Assembly (NCBI RefSeq): GCF_018350175.1
Contig: NC_058368.1
Coordinates: forward strand, 9,114,001-9,178,000
Reading direction: 5' to 3'
Origin: Felis catus
Taxonomy: Eukaryota
Length of the DNA: 64,000 nucleotides
The notes under the pieces were generated by a model that saw only the letters and a program-made list of their open reading frames with translations, was not told where the DNA came from and ran no database searches. Below, one piece after another: positions 1 through 11,864 of the stretch. The first letter of the stretch is position 1, and the number at the start of each line of letters is the position of its first letter. The translations under genes were made by a program, and so were the position numbers.

Positions 1-419
1 AGGCAGGTAGGTGATCAAATAACCACTTAAAACAATGAGTCCGTTGGTGGCGCTGTTATTCCCTCCGTGTAGCCAGTAGCCTGAGAAGTGAATAGAAAGA
101 GCACTTTACAAAGAGTCAAGGGAAGGACTGAGGAGGTTGGGGGGTCGAGAAAGGGGAGACAGTAACAAATGGTGCTGATTCTGCAGCAGAAGGGAGGGTC
201 CCGGGAGACCAGCCTGCACCTTGAGGGTGGCCCCATGTGGGAGTGAAAGGCACCCCGGCCAGGCGTAGGGAACCCTGGCTCAGCCACAGGACAGAGAGGG
301 CAGGCTGGAGCTTCTCCACAGGGACTGTGCAGCAGTGCATCTGAACCTTCTTCCTTTCCTTCCATTCCCCTCTGCCCCTGCCCCCTTCCGCACACCCCGG
401 AGCATCATAATTAGAGCGC

Positions 420-1110
420 TAAGGTATACACTTAAAAACCAAAGGACTAGCTGTTGCTGCAAACCGAAATGCTGACACAGAAGGAAGACTTGAAGTAATC
501 TCAGCGAATGCAGACGGGAAAGACACGGATGTTAAAGCAAACAGGGAAGATACTAGATACGGTGCAAACATGAAGATAATCCAACATAAGGATAATTGGC
601 GTCCCTGCAGCAGAGGACTGACAAGTAGAACAGAAGATGTGCTCAAAGAGATATACAAAAAAACTTCCCAAGGGGAACTGAATCTGGAGATTAAAAGGAC
701 ACCCCACGATCCTGCAGATTTTCAGCCTCAAGGCCCTGTTCCGCGGCTCACCCTGGAGAAGCTTTTGAACTCTTGGCGTCCGCGGAGAAGTTTCCAGGCA
801 CCCGGTGAAACACCATCAGCTCTAAAAGAAACAAGTGAGACTGACCACAGCAACCAAAGCCTTCGACAGTGGATTGGAAGATGGAATCCACTTAAATATA
901 GGGTCAAAACTAAATAATCATGGGAGCACGTAATTACGGAGCACAGTGTATGTGTTAGGAATCTGAAAAATACTAGAATTATCACACAACCGATAAAAAA
1001 TTCAGAGGAGTTCAGTTGGAAGAAGCATAAACGTTTTTCATCCATTGGAGAAAGGAATTGATCGGTGTTATCTGACATTGATACAGAAAGTTACAGAAAT
1101 AAATAATAAC
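420..1110 (+). mobile_element. Degraded ancient L1/HAL1 ORF1-like remnant
   Basis: ORF 570..917 contains TEDVLKEI...ELNLEIKRTPHDP...PVPRLTLEKLLN...RQW, resembling the L1 ORF1p RRM/CTD pattern (E.IF.EII.ENFP...NLQIERAHR.P...PRHILVKLL...RRQW). Purine-rich strand. Confidence 0.55.
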
Positions 1111-1484
1111 CCAGCCTCTTTTTTCTTTTTTTTCCCCCCTTCATAATTGCTTTCTTTGATCCTACAGGGATCTTTGGGAAACAGCCCTCTCGCGCTGAGA
1201 AACTTTTACGTGACCTTTGACCTCAGTAACTCTTTCACCTCCCCTGAGTCTCTCTTGTCCAGTGCAACTGAAATGCAGCGCCTACAGAATTCAAGACCGC
1301 TTCTATTGTACGACCCTGAGTTTCTAAAAGTGACTTTGCTCATTAACTGTCTCTACCCACAGTGTGAATAGAAAAGACTCAGATCGTGGTCTTATTTAGG
1401 AGTGAGGGGCTTGCGGTCATCTCTCCATCTTTAGGACTGTTTGAATTCTTCATGATAAAGCAGTTTTTGTTTTGCTTTTAAACT

Positions 1485-1775
1485 CTCTAAATTTGAGCGT
1501 AGCTGACGCGTAACGTTCGCGGCAGGTGTAAACATAGCGATCCTATAACTCTGTGCGTTCTGCTGGGCTGACCGCAAATGTAGCTACCATCTGTCACCAC
1601 ACAAGGCTGCTATAATGCCACTGACTGCCTGCCCTACACTGTGCCTTTGTCCCCGAGACTTAGTCACTCCATCCCTGAAGGCCTGTGTCTCCCGCTCCCC
1701 TTCACCCATCTTGCCCATCCCACACCCACGACCCTCTGGCAACCATCAGTTTGTCCTCTCTATTTATAAGGCTGA
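1485..1775 (-). mobile_element. L1 3' end fragment (L1_Carn/L1MA-like)
   Basis: Motifs such as caggtgtaaacatagcga, tgtagctaccatctgtcacc and cctctggcaaccatcagtttg are typical of antisense L1 3'UTR. Confidence 0.7.
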
Positions 1776-1790
1776 CTCTGATAACATGCA

Positions 1791-1993
1791 TTTTTTAAAT
1801 GTATTCATTTATTTTTGATAGACAGCGCAAGTAGGGGAGAGGCAGAGAGAGGGGGAGAGAGAGGATCCCAAGCGAGCTCTGCACCGCCAGCACAAAGGCC
1901 CATGCGGGCCTCGAACTCACAAACTCTGAGATCTTGACCTGAGCCGATTATCAAGAGTTGGACGCTTCACTGACGGAGCCACCCGGGTGCCCC
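1791..1993 (-). mobile_element. Can-SINE (SINEC)
   Basis: Reverse SINEC body ending gccacccgggtgcccc. Diverged TSD ctgat(a/c)aca(t/a)gcattttt. Confidence 0.9.
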
Positions 1994-2344
1994 CTGATCA
2001 CAAGCATTTTTTGACAAGAGCAATTTATAATTTCTCACGCTAGAAAGGCTGGTGGGAATTACGCCCGGATGATCAGAGCCCATCCGGGGTGCTGTGAAAG
2101 TGGAAAGTGGGTGACACTTATTCGGGCGGCTGCCTTCAGAAAAGGTCCAAAGTCCCTGGCAGGGCTTCCAAGGTTCCTCATGACACGCTCCCTGCCCACG
2201 TTTCTAGCCTCACCTTTCTGACGCACTCGTTCAAGGTCATGCATTTCAAAATCTCAAAATCTCCTGGCCAGGTGCCCCCACCCCACCTTTCTGACACTCC
2301 ACCATGCCCCTTTCCCTGGATAATACTCATATTTTTTAAAAAAA

Positions 2345-2800
2345 TGTTATTATTTTTTATTGTGGTAAAATATATGCGAACATAACATTTATCATTTGCC
2401 CATTTTTTAAGTGTGCAATTGAGGGGCATGACGCATATTCGCACTGTTGTGCGACCATCACCACCGTCCATGTCCAGGACTCTTTTCATCTTCCCAAACT
2501 GAAACGCTGTCCCCATTAAACTCTAACTCCCCCCGGCCCCTGGCAACCTTTATTTTACTTTTTACCTCCACAATGTTCGTCCTTCTGTGTCTGCTTATCT
2601 CACGTGAAATAGCATCTTCAAGGCTCATCCGTGTTGCAGCAGGTGTCAAAATGTCCTTTTCAAGGCTGGATAGTATTCCATTGAATGGAAAAACCCATTT
2701 TGCTTTCCCGTTCATCTGTTGATGGGCACCTGGGTAGTTTCCGCCTTTGGGGTTTTGCGAATAATGCTGGACACTGAACGCTGATGTACAGATCCTTCTC
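2345..2800 (-). mobile_element. L1MB-like 3' end fragment
   Basis: ttattgtggtaaaatat...accatcaccaccgtccatgtccaggactcttttcatcttcccaaactgaaac...gttgatgggcacctggg. Confidence 0.8.
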
Positions 2801-2801
2801 A

Positions 2802-2930
2802 TTTTTCTTTTAAGTAGGTTCCGTGCCCAGCATGAAGCCCAATGTGGGGCTTGAACTCACAACCCTGAAATCACGACCCGAGCTGAGATCAAGAGGTGGT
2901 GTGTAACTGACTGAGCCACCGAGGCGCCCC
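2802..2930 (-). mobile_element. Can-SINE fragment
   Basis: gggcttgaactcacaaccctgaaatcacgacccgagctgagatcaagag...gagccaccgaggcgcccc. Confidence 0.85.
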
Positions 2931-2943
2931 TAAATCCTACTCA

Positions 2944-3171
2944 TTTTTAAAAAATGTTTATTTACTTATTTATTTTATTTTTTTTTTGAGAGAGAGAGAC
3001 AGAGTACAAACAGGGGAGGGGCAGAGAGAGAGGGAGACACAGAATGCGAAGCAGGCTCCAGGCTCTGAGCCATCAGCACAGAGCCCAACGCGGGGCTAGA
3101 ACTCACAAACCGCGAGATCATGACCTGAGCCGAAGTCGGACGCTTACCCAACTGAGCCACCCAGGTGCCCC
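2944..3171 (-). mobile_element. Can-SINE (SINEC_Fc type)
   Basis: Full reverse body with (GA)n and T-tail; TSD aaatcctactc on both sides. Confidence 0.95.
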
Positions 3172-3768
3172 CAAATCCTACTCGTGTTTAAAGATTCTAC
3201 TTGGACATTATCGTTTCCCAAAAGCCCTTCCTGGTTTCCCTGTTTCGGATTGGTACTGGCCCACTGTGTTCTCATGAAATCTTGTGGATATACAGTCGTA
3301 TCTGTCAGGTTATATCACAGTTGCTGGCTTATGAGTTCTGCTTATCATCTGCCTCCACTAGACTATTGGCTTCTTGAGAGCAGGAATCATTCCATTTGAC
3401 TCAGAATCCCTGATGGCTCACCTATGCTTAGAACACAGGCAACACTCGATTGTATTTAGGAAAGGGATTCATCGGCCAAGGTTGCAGCATATTCTAGTGA
3501 AACAGCTGAAAAAAAAAACAAAAAACAAAACAGCTGGACCACTGATGTCAGAGAGCGTAAGAATCCCACAGACGTTCTAATATGCAGACCCATCAGAGTT
3601 CGGAGCTGGTAGGGAAAGGGGAAAACAAACAAACAAACAAAAAGACTAAACAAAAAAGTAGCCAGATAGGATCCCTGAAGATGTTTTATCCCTGGGAGCT
3701 TTTATGGTAGCAAACCCCACCCATATTGCTGAATCTTTAACATTTCTTAAGAATTATCAGTTGCCTAC

Positions 3769-4256
3769 TGTGTTGGTGTTCTCTAGAAGGACAGGACCAA
3801 TAGGATGTATGTACACGTAGAGACAGGATTTATTATAAGGAACTGATTCATGCAATCAAGGAGGCTGGCAAGTCTTAAGATCCGCAGTTGGCAGGCTGGA
3901 GACCCAGAGAAGCTGATGGCATACTTCCAGCCTAAGGGCCAGTGGGCTTGATACCCAGGAAGAACTGATATTTCAGTTGTAGTCCAAAGGCAGGAAACAA
4001 GCCCATGTCCCCAGTGTGAAGGCCAGCAGGCAGGAAGAATCCTCTCTCATGCCCAGGAGGGGCAACTTTTTGTTCCAGTCAGGCCTTCAACTGATTGGAT
4101 ACGGCCCACCATATCACAGAGTGCAATCTGCACCACTCAGTCTGCCAATCTGAAGGTTAATCTCATGCAAAACTAGCCTCACGGAAATACTCGGAATGAC
4201 ATCGGGTTGCCCCCCATGGCCCAGTCATGTTGACACGCAAAATTTTAGCCATCGCA
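3769..4256 (-). mobile_element. MLT2 (ERVL-class) solo LTR
   Basis: Reverse complement starts tgcgatggctaaaattttgcgtgtcaacatgactggg (MLT2 5' end). Internal aggccttcaactgattggat and atttattataaggaactg motifs. Confidence 0.85.
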
Positions 4257-4791
4257 CATAGCTTCCGAAACCATACATGTGCCCAATTTTCTGATCCCAC
4301 ATAGGGGTGAGCAGGGAAATAACATTAGAAGACTGTGTTTGTCCTTAACATGCATACACAAGAATCTTAATGGCCTCTTCGTTCAGAATCAAGAAGCAAC
4401 CCAAATGTGCATCGACAGTAGAATGGAGTTTTAATTGAGGTGTTTTCACATATCACAGATGCTCTGCACCCTGCTGCTGGGAAATGATCTGGAAAGAAAA
4501 CAAGTGTGAATCGGGCTCCGTACAGGAGGCTGGGCTCCTTATATTCATTCCACGGCTTTCCTGTACCCTCACTTTTCTCCAGTTTTGCTTCACTCAATCT
4601 TAGAATATAATGTTCTCAAAACAAGATTTCAAGGCCACATAATAGTGTTTGGGGCAGCCTGTGCCCTATTTTTATATGTATTCTCCTACCCAGCTGTGCT
4701 CACTGGTCCCAGCACCTAAGTGTGACAGTGGCCCGTGCACCCAGCCAGGAGGGTTGACTGAGGACCCCACCCCCCCATCCGCAGCTCTCTA

Positions 4792-4809
4792 CCTCCAGGG
4801 GGCGGAAGT
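4792..4809 (+). promoter_or_regulatory. Candidate CTCF motif (CCTCCAGGGGGCGG) overlapping an ETS motif (GCGGAAGT)
   Basis: Close match to the CTCF core CC(A/T)(C/G)YAGRKGGCR. Motif only. Confidence 0.45.
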
Positions 4810-4989
4810 TCGGTTCCCTTCATGGGAGTTGAGGACCACAGGAAAAAGGTTAATGGGTTCTCTGGTCTGATGGCAGGAGATTCAGAGCCGGGATGGAAGA
4901 ATGGTCCCTCGGGAGCAAGGAGGACAGAGAAGCAGGAGTAAAAAGACTCGAAAGTCTCTCAAGAGGTTACACAACAACTAGCCTGGACC

Positions 4990-5710
4990 CTTCAAGAATA
5001 TCAATGTCTTGAAAGACGAAAACAACAGGGGATTCCCCTGGGAGGAAGAAGACTAAGGTTGCGTGAAATTAAATGAAATCTGTGGGGCACCTGGTGGCTC
5101 AGCTGGTTGGGCATCTGACTTTGGCTCAGGTCATGGTCCGTGGGTTCAAGCCCCGCGTCGGGCTCCATGCTGACAGCTCAGAGCCTGGAGCCTGCTTCGA
5201 GTTCTGTGTCTCCCTCTCTCTCTGCCCCTAATCCACTTGCATTCTGTCTCTGTCTCTCTCAAAAATAAATAAACATTAAAAAAAATTTTTTTTGAATGAA
5301 ACGCGTGATAACTTGATTGGACCCTAGATTGGGGGTGGGGAAGACAGAGAGTGTTATTGGGACAATTGTGGGACATTTCAATATTGGCTGTATTTTAAAT
5401 AACATGCTTCAAATCAGTTAAATATCCTGACTGTGAAATGAATTCCCTGAATACTTGTCAGTAAATAGATGCTACAGGATTTCGGGATAAAGGGGCACGA
5501 ATCCTTTCAAAGGATTCAGCACTCACCTCCCAAATCTTTGTTTCTTTGTATTCCACGTACCTATTTGTCTTTACAGGTCTAGAGAGAAAGCAAATGTGGC
5601 AAAACGGTAACAAATGATGGTTATGTGGACGAAGGCTACATGAGCTGTCATTAGACAATGTTTGCAACTTTCCTGTGGGTTTGGAATTTTCCAGATGCAA
5701 AGTTGGGGAA
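4990..5710 (+). mobile_element. Old L1MC/L1ME-type 3' end, interrupted by a SINE
   Basis: ttattgggacaattg, gcaaatgtggcaaaacggtaacaa and ttgcaactttcctgtgggtttggaattttcc motifs. Confidence 0.6.
5084..5292 (+). mobile_element. Can-SINE
   Basis: ggggcacctggtggctcag...(CT)n...aaaataaataaacattaaaa. Confidence 0.93.
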
Positions 5711-5711
5711 A

Positions 5712-5924
5712 TTTTTTTTTTTAAGATGATTTGAGAGAGACCGAGAAAGCAAGTGGGGGTGGCTCCCCCCCCCCCCAACTCTCTTCTGAGAGAGGAGAGA
5801 GGAGAGAGGAGAGAGAGAATCCCCAGCAGGCTCTGTGCTGTCCGTGCAGAGCCCCACACGGGGCTCAGCCCCACGACAGTGAGATCATGACTGGAGGCTT
5901 AACCGACCGAGCCACCCAGGTGCC
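5712..5924 (-). mobile_element. Can-SINE (older subfamily)
   Basis: Reverse body ending gagccacccaggtgcc. Confidence 0.88.
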
Positions 5925-6104
5925 TCAGCATTTTCCTAATAATTTCTCGTATTGATTTGTGTGTAGAAATGCTTGAAATAGCTTACATGTCCAAAATTAG
6001 GTGAAATCCAGGAAGCTCGGAGGCGGCCTGGACTACCGTCATTAAACCCCTAGTGCCTTGCGTCTTTCCTGGTGTGCGTTAAAAATTTTTTTCTTTGCCC
6101 TTTG

Positions 6105-6778
6105 TTTTTATGGAGCTCTAACTCGTATCCAGAGATTACATAAAGCACATAAATCTTAAGCGAACAGCTCGGTTGTTAGAGGTGTATGCACACTCCCTTG
6201 TAAACATTTCAACATAGAGAACACTTTCAGCACCGCGGAAAACCCCCTCATTCTCTCTCCTAGGTCATCGCACCCCTCACCAGCAAAGGGTAACGTTATT
6301 CTGATTCCATCACCAAACACCAGGTTTGCCTGTTTGTGAACTTCATTTAGATGACCTCATACAGTATATATATATTTTTTATGTCTAGCTTCTCCCTTTA
6401 ATAATGTTGTCGCACGTAGCAGTGGCTATTGTTTTACGCTGCCCTATAATCTTTTACTGTCTGAACGATACCGCGATGTAAAAATCCATTCTGCTGTTGA
6501 TGGGCACTTGGGTTGCCTCTTGTTCGTGAACCAAGTAGCTATGAAGACCCTTGTACATGTCCTTCATGGACAAACATCCGTCTCTGTTGACTATTCATCC
6601 GGGAGTGGAATTTCTAGGTCCCAAGATATACATATTTTTAGCTTTGGTAGATAATGACAAGAGCGTTTTGTACCACAGTTGTTCTAATTTACAGGCTCAC
6701 CAAGAATATGCGAGCATTTGGGTTGCTTCACATCTTTGCCAACACTTGATATTGTCGTCCTTTTGATTTTAGCCATTC
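6105..6778 (-). mobile_element. Old L1M (L1MD/ME-like) fragment
   Basis: atccattctgctgttgatgggcacttgggttg, gggagtggaatttctagg and ttgcttcacatctttgccaacacttgatattg motifs. Confidence 0.75.
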
Positions 6779-6780
6779 GA

Positions 6781-7015
6781 GGGGCACCTGGGTGGCTCAG
6801 TCGGTTGAGTGTCTGACTTCGGCTCAGATCTTGTGGTTCGTGGGTTTGAGCCCCGCATCGGGCTCTGTGCCGACAGCTCGGAGCCTGGAGCCCGCTTCGG
6901 ATTCTGTGTCTCCCTCTCTCTCTGCCCCTCCCCCGTTCATGCTCTGTTTCTCTCTGTCTCAAAAATAAATAAACGTTAAAAAAAAATTATAAAAAAGTAA
7001 AAATAAAAAAAAAAA
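6781..7015 (+). mobile_element. Can-SINE (SINEC_Fc type)
   Basis: Full body with long A-rich tail. Confidence 0.95.
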
Positions 7016-7135
7016 TAAATTCACCCAGACGTTAGTGGTTGGTTCTGGGGGATGGGATCAGTTTCTTCTTCCTCCTGCTTTTCTGTGATCATGAGATGTG
7101 GTACAATGAGCAAAAATTACTTTTAAAAACAAAGA

Positions 7136-7352
7136 GGGGCGCCTGGGTGGCGCAGTCGGTTAAGCGTCCGACTTCAGCCAGGTCACGATCTCGCGGTCCC
7201 TGAGTTCGAGCCCCGCGTCGGGCTCTGGGCTGATGGCTCAGAGCCTGGAGCCTGTTTCGGATTCTGTGTCTCCCTCTCTCTCTGCCCCTCCCCCGTTCAT
7301 GCTCTGTCTCTCTCTGTCCCAAAAATAAATAAACGTTGAAAAAAAAAATTTA
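7136..7352 (+). mobile_element. Young SINEC_Fc
   Basis: Diagnostic acttcagccaggtcacgatctcgcgg, CpGs intact, TSD aaaaacaaaga. Confidence 0.95.
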
Positions 7353-8154
7353 AAAAAACAAAGAAAACAACGAAGATTCTTTTCAGGAACAGTGTCTGCC
7401 TAGGAAAGTGAACCTCTTGGGTCAAAAAATAAGCTGTACGTCTCTGGGCCTGTTTCCTCCCCCGTAGTGCGAGCCCACCGCACGACCATGGAATGACGCT
7501 TGTCTCCACGGAAGCGCTCAGGCAGTGACAGCTTTTGACAACACAGTACTTCCGGGATTGCCCGGGAGGCAGCCCCCTCCAGGGGGAGTGAGGAAATGAA
7601 AGGAAACGTCCAGGTGGAGGCAACGTGGCGGATTTCTGCCGGGTCCCGACTTCCTCAGGGCCCGGTGAGAGGGTTTCTGGGATGAGGGGAGGCAAGGGGA
7701 ACGGAAGTGGGCATCCTGGGCCACACAGGGATCAGGGACAGCGCTGAGGATGCTGGGAGGGCTGGCTGGGCCTTCCTGGGCTCCCGGAGCAGGGGCGGTG
7801 GGGAGCACGTGGGAGAGCCAGCAGGAGGGAGGGGGTCTAGGGCTCCCCCTTCACCCCCCGGCCACCATACGACCCGGTCACTCAGCACATGCGTCCTTGA
7901 AGAATCCTGAAACGTTAACTGGCCGGGGTCTGGGAGCTTGAGCCCAGCGTAGCTGGCACCTTGTTCCCGTCTCCAGCATCCCATTTGGTTTCCAATCCCA
8001 CTTTCCCTTCTACATCCCCACCTCTCCACTGTGTTGCTTTGTATTCCTGGTATTTAACGTGGGTCTGTTTTCTGCAGAAACTCAGGCAACTGCTCCAAGC
8101 CACAAGTGTGCAGAATTAATCCGGCTGATGTGAGAGGCCCAAGCTTTACTATTA

Positions 8155-8235
8155 AAAAGAAAGGAAGAAAGGAAAAGAAGGAAGGAAAAGAAGGAAGGAA
8201 GGAAGGAAGGAAGGAAGGAAGGAAGGAAGGAAGGA

Positions 8236-8299
<64 letters not shown>

Positions 8300-8441
8300 G
8301 AAGGAAGGCAGGAAGGAAGATGGAAGGAAGAAAGGAAGGAAGGCAGGTAGGCAAGCAAGCAAGCAAGAAAGAGGAGGAGGAGGAAGGAAGGAAGGAAGGA
8401 AGGAAGGAAGGAAGGAAGGAAAGAAAGAAAGAAAAAGAAAA
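8155..8441. repeat. Compound purine microsatellite (GAAG)n/(GAAA)n
   Basis: About 290 bp almost pure purine tract. Explains the low-complexity ORFs at 8054-8514. Confidence 0.98.
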
Positions 8442-9487
8442 CTCCCTAGGTGACTCTAAGGGACAGCCAGGGTCGACGACCAGCGGTATATCCCTGCTTT
8501 TTCTTTTGTTTTGAACACAGCAAACATGTACTTCTTATTTGGTCAATGCCACCTCATTCCAAGTCTTTCTGACACGATTCTCAGAGGGGCTGGACGCTGA
8601 GTACCTCCATCTCTGATTTCTGTGTCCACCCTCCCTTTTGCGGCTCATGCCTTCTAAAACGTTACAGGATCGGAGAGCTGACCTGTGGCATGATCGTCTT
8701 CAGATGTCTCTTTTTTCCTTCACCATCAGGACGATTTGCGACAGAGATCGATTCTTGGGAGATGCGAACGCAGGATCATTTCGTAGTTTTCTCTCGTCTT
8801 TTTGCACACTAATTTCATACGGTTTGGAGGGCACGTCGATGTCTAGCCGTCCCTTCTAGGTGCCATTAAGGATGTTTATGTCGCCAATACATATATGCGA
8901 TGGGCTCTCGGGAGGTCTCGAGCACGGGCTTCACGCGGGCAAAGCGGTTCTGCAGTACACTCGGGGGCCGGGAGTCTTTCCGTCTTTCTGCTCTGCAAAT
9001 GCAAGGCACTGGCTCTGGCCCCAGGCCGGCCCACCTGAGGGTCACAGGTGGCTATAGAGGTTTCCATCGTGACATCCATAATAATGTCCGGAGGCAAAAC
9101 AGTCTCCTGTAAGGTCCCCTTGGGAGTGAGAACTTTCTCTAGAAACACCATCAGCCGAGTTCCCTTCCAGTTCCGTTTGCCAGGATCGGTCCCATGGCCG
9201 CCTCGAAACCATCACGCCGAAGGGAATGGGAGTTAGCCTGGGAGCTGGGACAAGGCCACGCTTCCCTGAGCCACATGGGGGAGGAGGGCGAAGAGTGGAA
9301 AAAAAAAAAAAAAATCAGAGCCCCGCCAGCGAGGAAGAGGGGAGTGTGTTGGAGAAGCACTCAGCAGGGCCGGCCTTAATTACTTTGATCATCACAGAAA
9401 TCTAGGGGGACACAACCGTGAGACGGCATTTCCACGAGTCAAGAGCCAACAGATCGTCTTGGTGAATAAGAACTGCAGCGAGGTCCC

Positions 9488-9692
9488 GGGGCGCCTGGGC
9501 GGCTCAGTAGGTTGAGCGTCTGACTTCAGCTCAGGTCATGATCTCACTTTTTGTGAGTTCAGGCCCCGCATCGGGCTCGTGGGTCACGGGCAGAGCCCCC
9601 CTCGGATCCTCTGTTTCCCTCTCTCTCTGCCCCTCCTCTGCTCACGCACACCCATGCTCTCTCTCACAAATAAACGTTAAAAAAAAAAAAAA
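9488..9692 (+). mobile_element. Can-SINE
   Basis: ggggcgcctgggcggctcag...A-tail. Confidence 0.92.
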
Positions 9693-10146
9693 GAACTCCA
9701 GGGAGGTCCTACTCCTTCGGCACAAGTACCTTGCCTCAGTGGTTCCTGGATTCAGAAATCAGTAGCCCGAATCTGAAGCGTTAGCCCGTATTTTTGCCTC
9801 CTCTCCCCATCATCAGACACTTCTCACCCGCCTCATCCCTCCCATCTGTGAAGTTCCATGTATGTGGCTAGACACGGCCCCGCTTCCCACCCCTTTAGGC
9901 TTCTTTTGAACAACGTACACGTCTGTTTTTACATTTTAGTCAATAAATCTCATCTCAAATTTTGAATCGCGTTCTTCTGTTAATACGTCCAGTTCTAGGA
10001 TTATCGTCCAAGCTCTATAACCTGGTATCCATATCTGAAGCCATGTCTCACTGGTGAATTACCGGGTCCTCTACTTTTCCTCTAACGTAAGGCTTATTTT
10101 TAAGATCTCCCCACTTTTGGCTTCATTTTAAAAGTCTCTAAACATA

Positions 10147-10342
10147 GGGGCGCCCGGGTGGCTCAGTCGGTTGAGCCTCCGACTTCGGCTCAGGTCACGA
10201 TCTCACGGTTCACAGGTCTGAGCCCCGCGTCGGGCTCCGTGCTGGCAGCTCGGAGCCTGGAGCCACCTTCGGATTCTGTGTCTCCCTCTCTCTCTGCCCC
10301 TCCCCTGCTCACGCTCCCTCTCAAAAACAAACGGTAAAAAAA
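10147..10342 (+). mobile_element. Can-SINE
   Basis: ggggcgcccgggtggctcagtcgg...short A-tail. Confidence 0.93.
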
Positions 10343-11456
10343 CTTTTTACAAGTCTCCGTATACTCTCTGACATTTTTGCAAGCTACTTTTTGTAGTCCC
10401 TGTCGATGCCTGGCATTTAATTTTTGCCATAAAGACTTCTGACAGCTTTGCCAGCTTGCCAGGTAAGTTCTTAGGCAAAACAGTGCTCTCGATATTTATT
10501 TTAAAATAACCTTATGACCCTACAAAATAGGTATTATTCTTATTCTATATGAAAAAAAAAAAAAAAAAGATCGAAGCCCACAGATGAAACAACTTGTTCC
10601 AAGTCACTAGCTCGAAGCCAGGCCTGACTCCGAAGTCCGGGTATTCTCATTCTGAAATCTGAGGACTGAGGACCAGTCGAATGGACTGTTACAGATTGGT
10701 GGAACCCCGGAAGCGATGCCCCCAGAGAACCACGGGACCTGGGACGGCCAGGTTCCAGACTACTGGAAAAACGATCTTATCGGGCAGACAGCTGTGACCT
10801 AAACAGCCCCCAAAGTTTTATTGTCGTGTGCAGCGTCTGGAAAGTCCAGAAGCAGCCCCCAGTGGAACCCTGAGGTTCCAGGACCACTTCCGGTCAGCCA
10901 CTACTCCCCTCTAGATTATCCCCTCCGTGTATTATTTGAATAAAGTTGCTCTCAGTACACCGTAGACTTCTCTTATATCAAAACACAGCTCGAGAAATGC
11001 AACAAATAAAAATTAGGTAGTAATGTTTGAATATGTAGTAACTATTCTTGAAACCCAGATAGATTCTCACGACTCAAACACAAATCCCTTCTACAGGCAT
11101 TTTAAGAACTGTGTGTTTACCTCTTTTTATTGGTGGAAATCCTAGGAGAAACTGACACTCCCTCTTCTCCAGTGTTGACGCCCTATGTCTACACCGTATT
11201 TCTTGAAAGCTGTGATCTTGAAAAAGAGGCAGAACCACCACAACAAAATAGTATTCAAGGACAAACATTTGAGAGCATTGTCAAAGACCACCAAATAGTA
11301 AGGAAAATGTTTTCATACTCTAGTGCTGGTTTAAACTCTACTCCCCAAGGATTACGGGTTTCTCACTTAATTTTGCCCACGAACTCTTCCAGGAGCCACG
11401 CCCCTCTTGCCGAGTCCCTAAAAGAGCTTCGCGTGCCTTGTGGTCTTGGGAAGAAA

Positions 11457-11472
11457 GCGCACTAGGTGGCAG
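11457..11472 (+). promoter_or_regulatory. Candidate CTCF site (GCGCACTAGGTGGCAG), about 400 bp 3' of UBL3
   Basis: Near-consensus CTCF core in a unique, GC/CpG-richer patch (about 11400-11760). Confidence 0.55.
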
Positions 11473-11864
11473 GGGGTGGGGGGAGAAGCCGAGGGGGCCG
11501 CAGTGGCCACCGGTTGCCTTGGCCAAGACGCCCACTCCACCAGGCTGGGGTGCCCGCGGTTACAGAGAGGTTGTCCGCCCCCCTCAAGCCCTCCTCTCAC
11601 CTGTCTGCTGTCTGGCTACTACAAAGCCGTTATGGGGAAAAAACCCGAAGGCTTGCCTGTGACAGTTACCAATAAGGACGGCGTGAGGGCATGCCGAAGT
11701 TTGAAGAGTCATTTCCCTTTGATTTTGGTAAAGGCCGGTGCAGTGCGATTTTACTGCAGGACGTAAGGAAATAAATCGAAGGGAAGAAAAAGAGAAAAGC
11801 AGTGAAGAATAGGAAAATGCACCAAAATTACGAGCAGAAGCCATTTAAAAGAAGAAAATATTCT

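Noticed and set aside
7136..7215. tRNA-like A/B-box heads
   Set aside because: tRNA-derived 5' parts of Can-SINEs, not tRNA genes.
8054..8514. Low-complexity ORFs (SFFL/PSFL and KEGR/KERK repeats)
   Set aside because: Translations of the (GAAG)n/(GAAA)n microsatellite.
11130..11844. Cluster of overlapping 60-111 aa ORFs
   Set aside because: No recognisable protein or exon structure; expected in a GC-rich patch, better explained as regulatory DNA.
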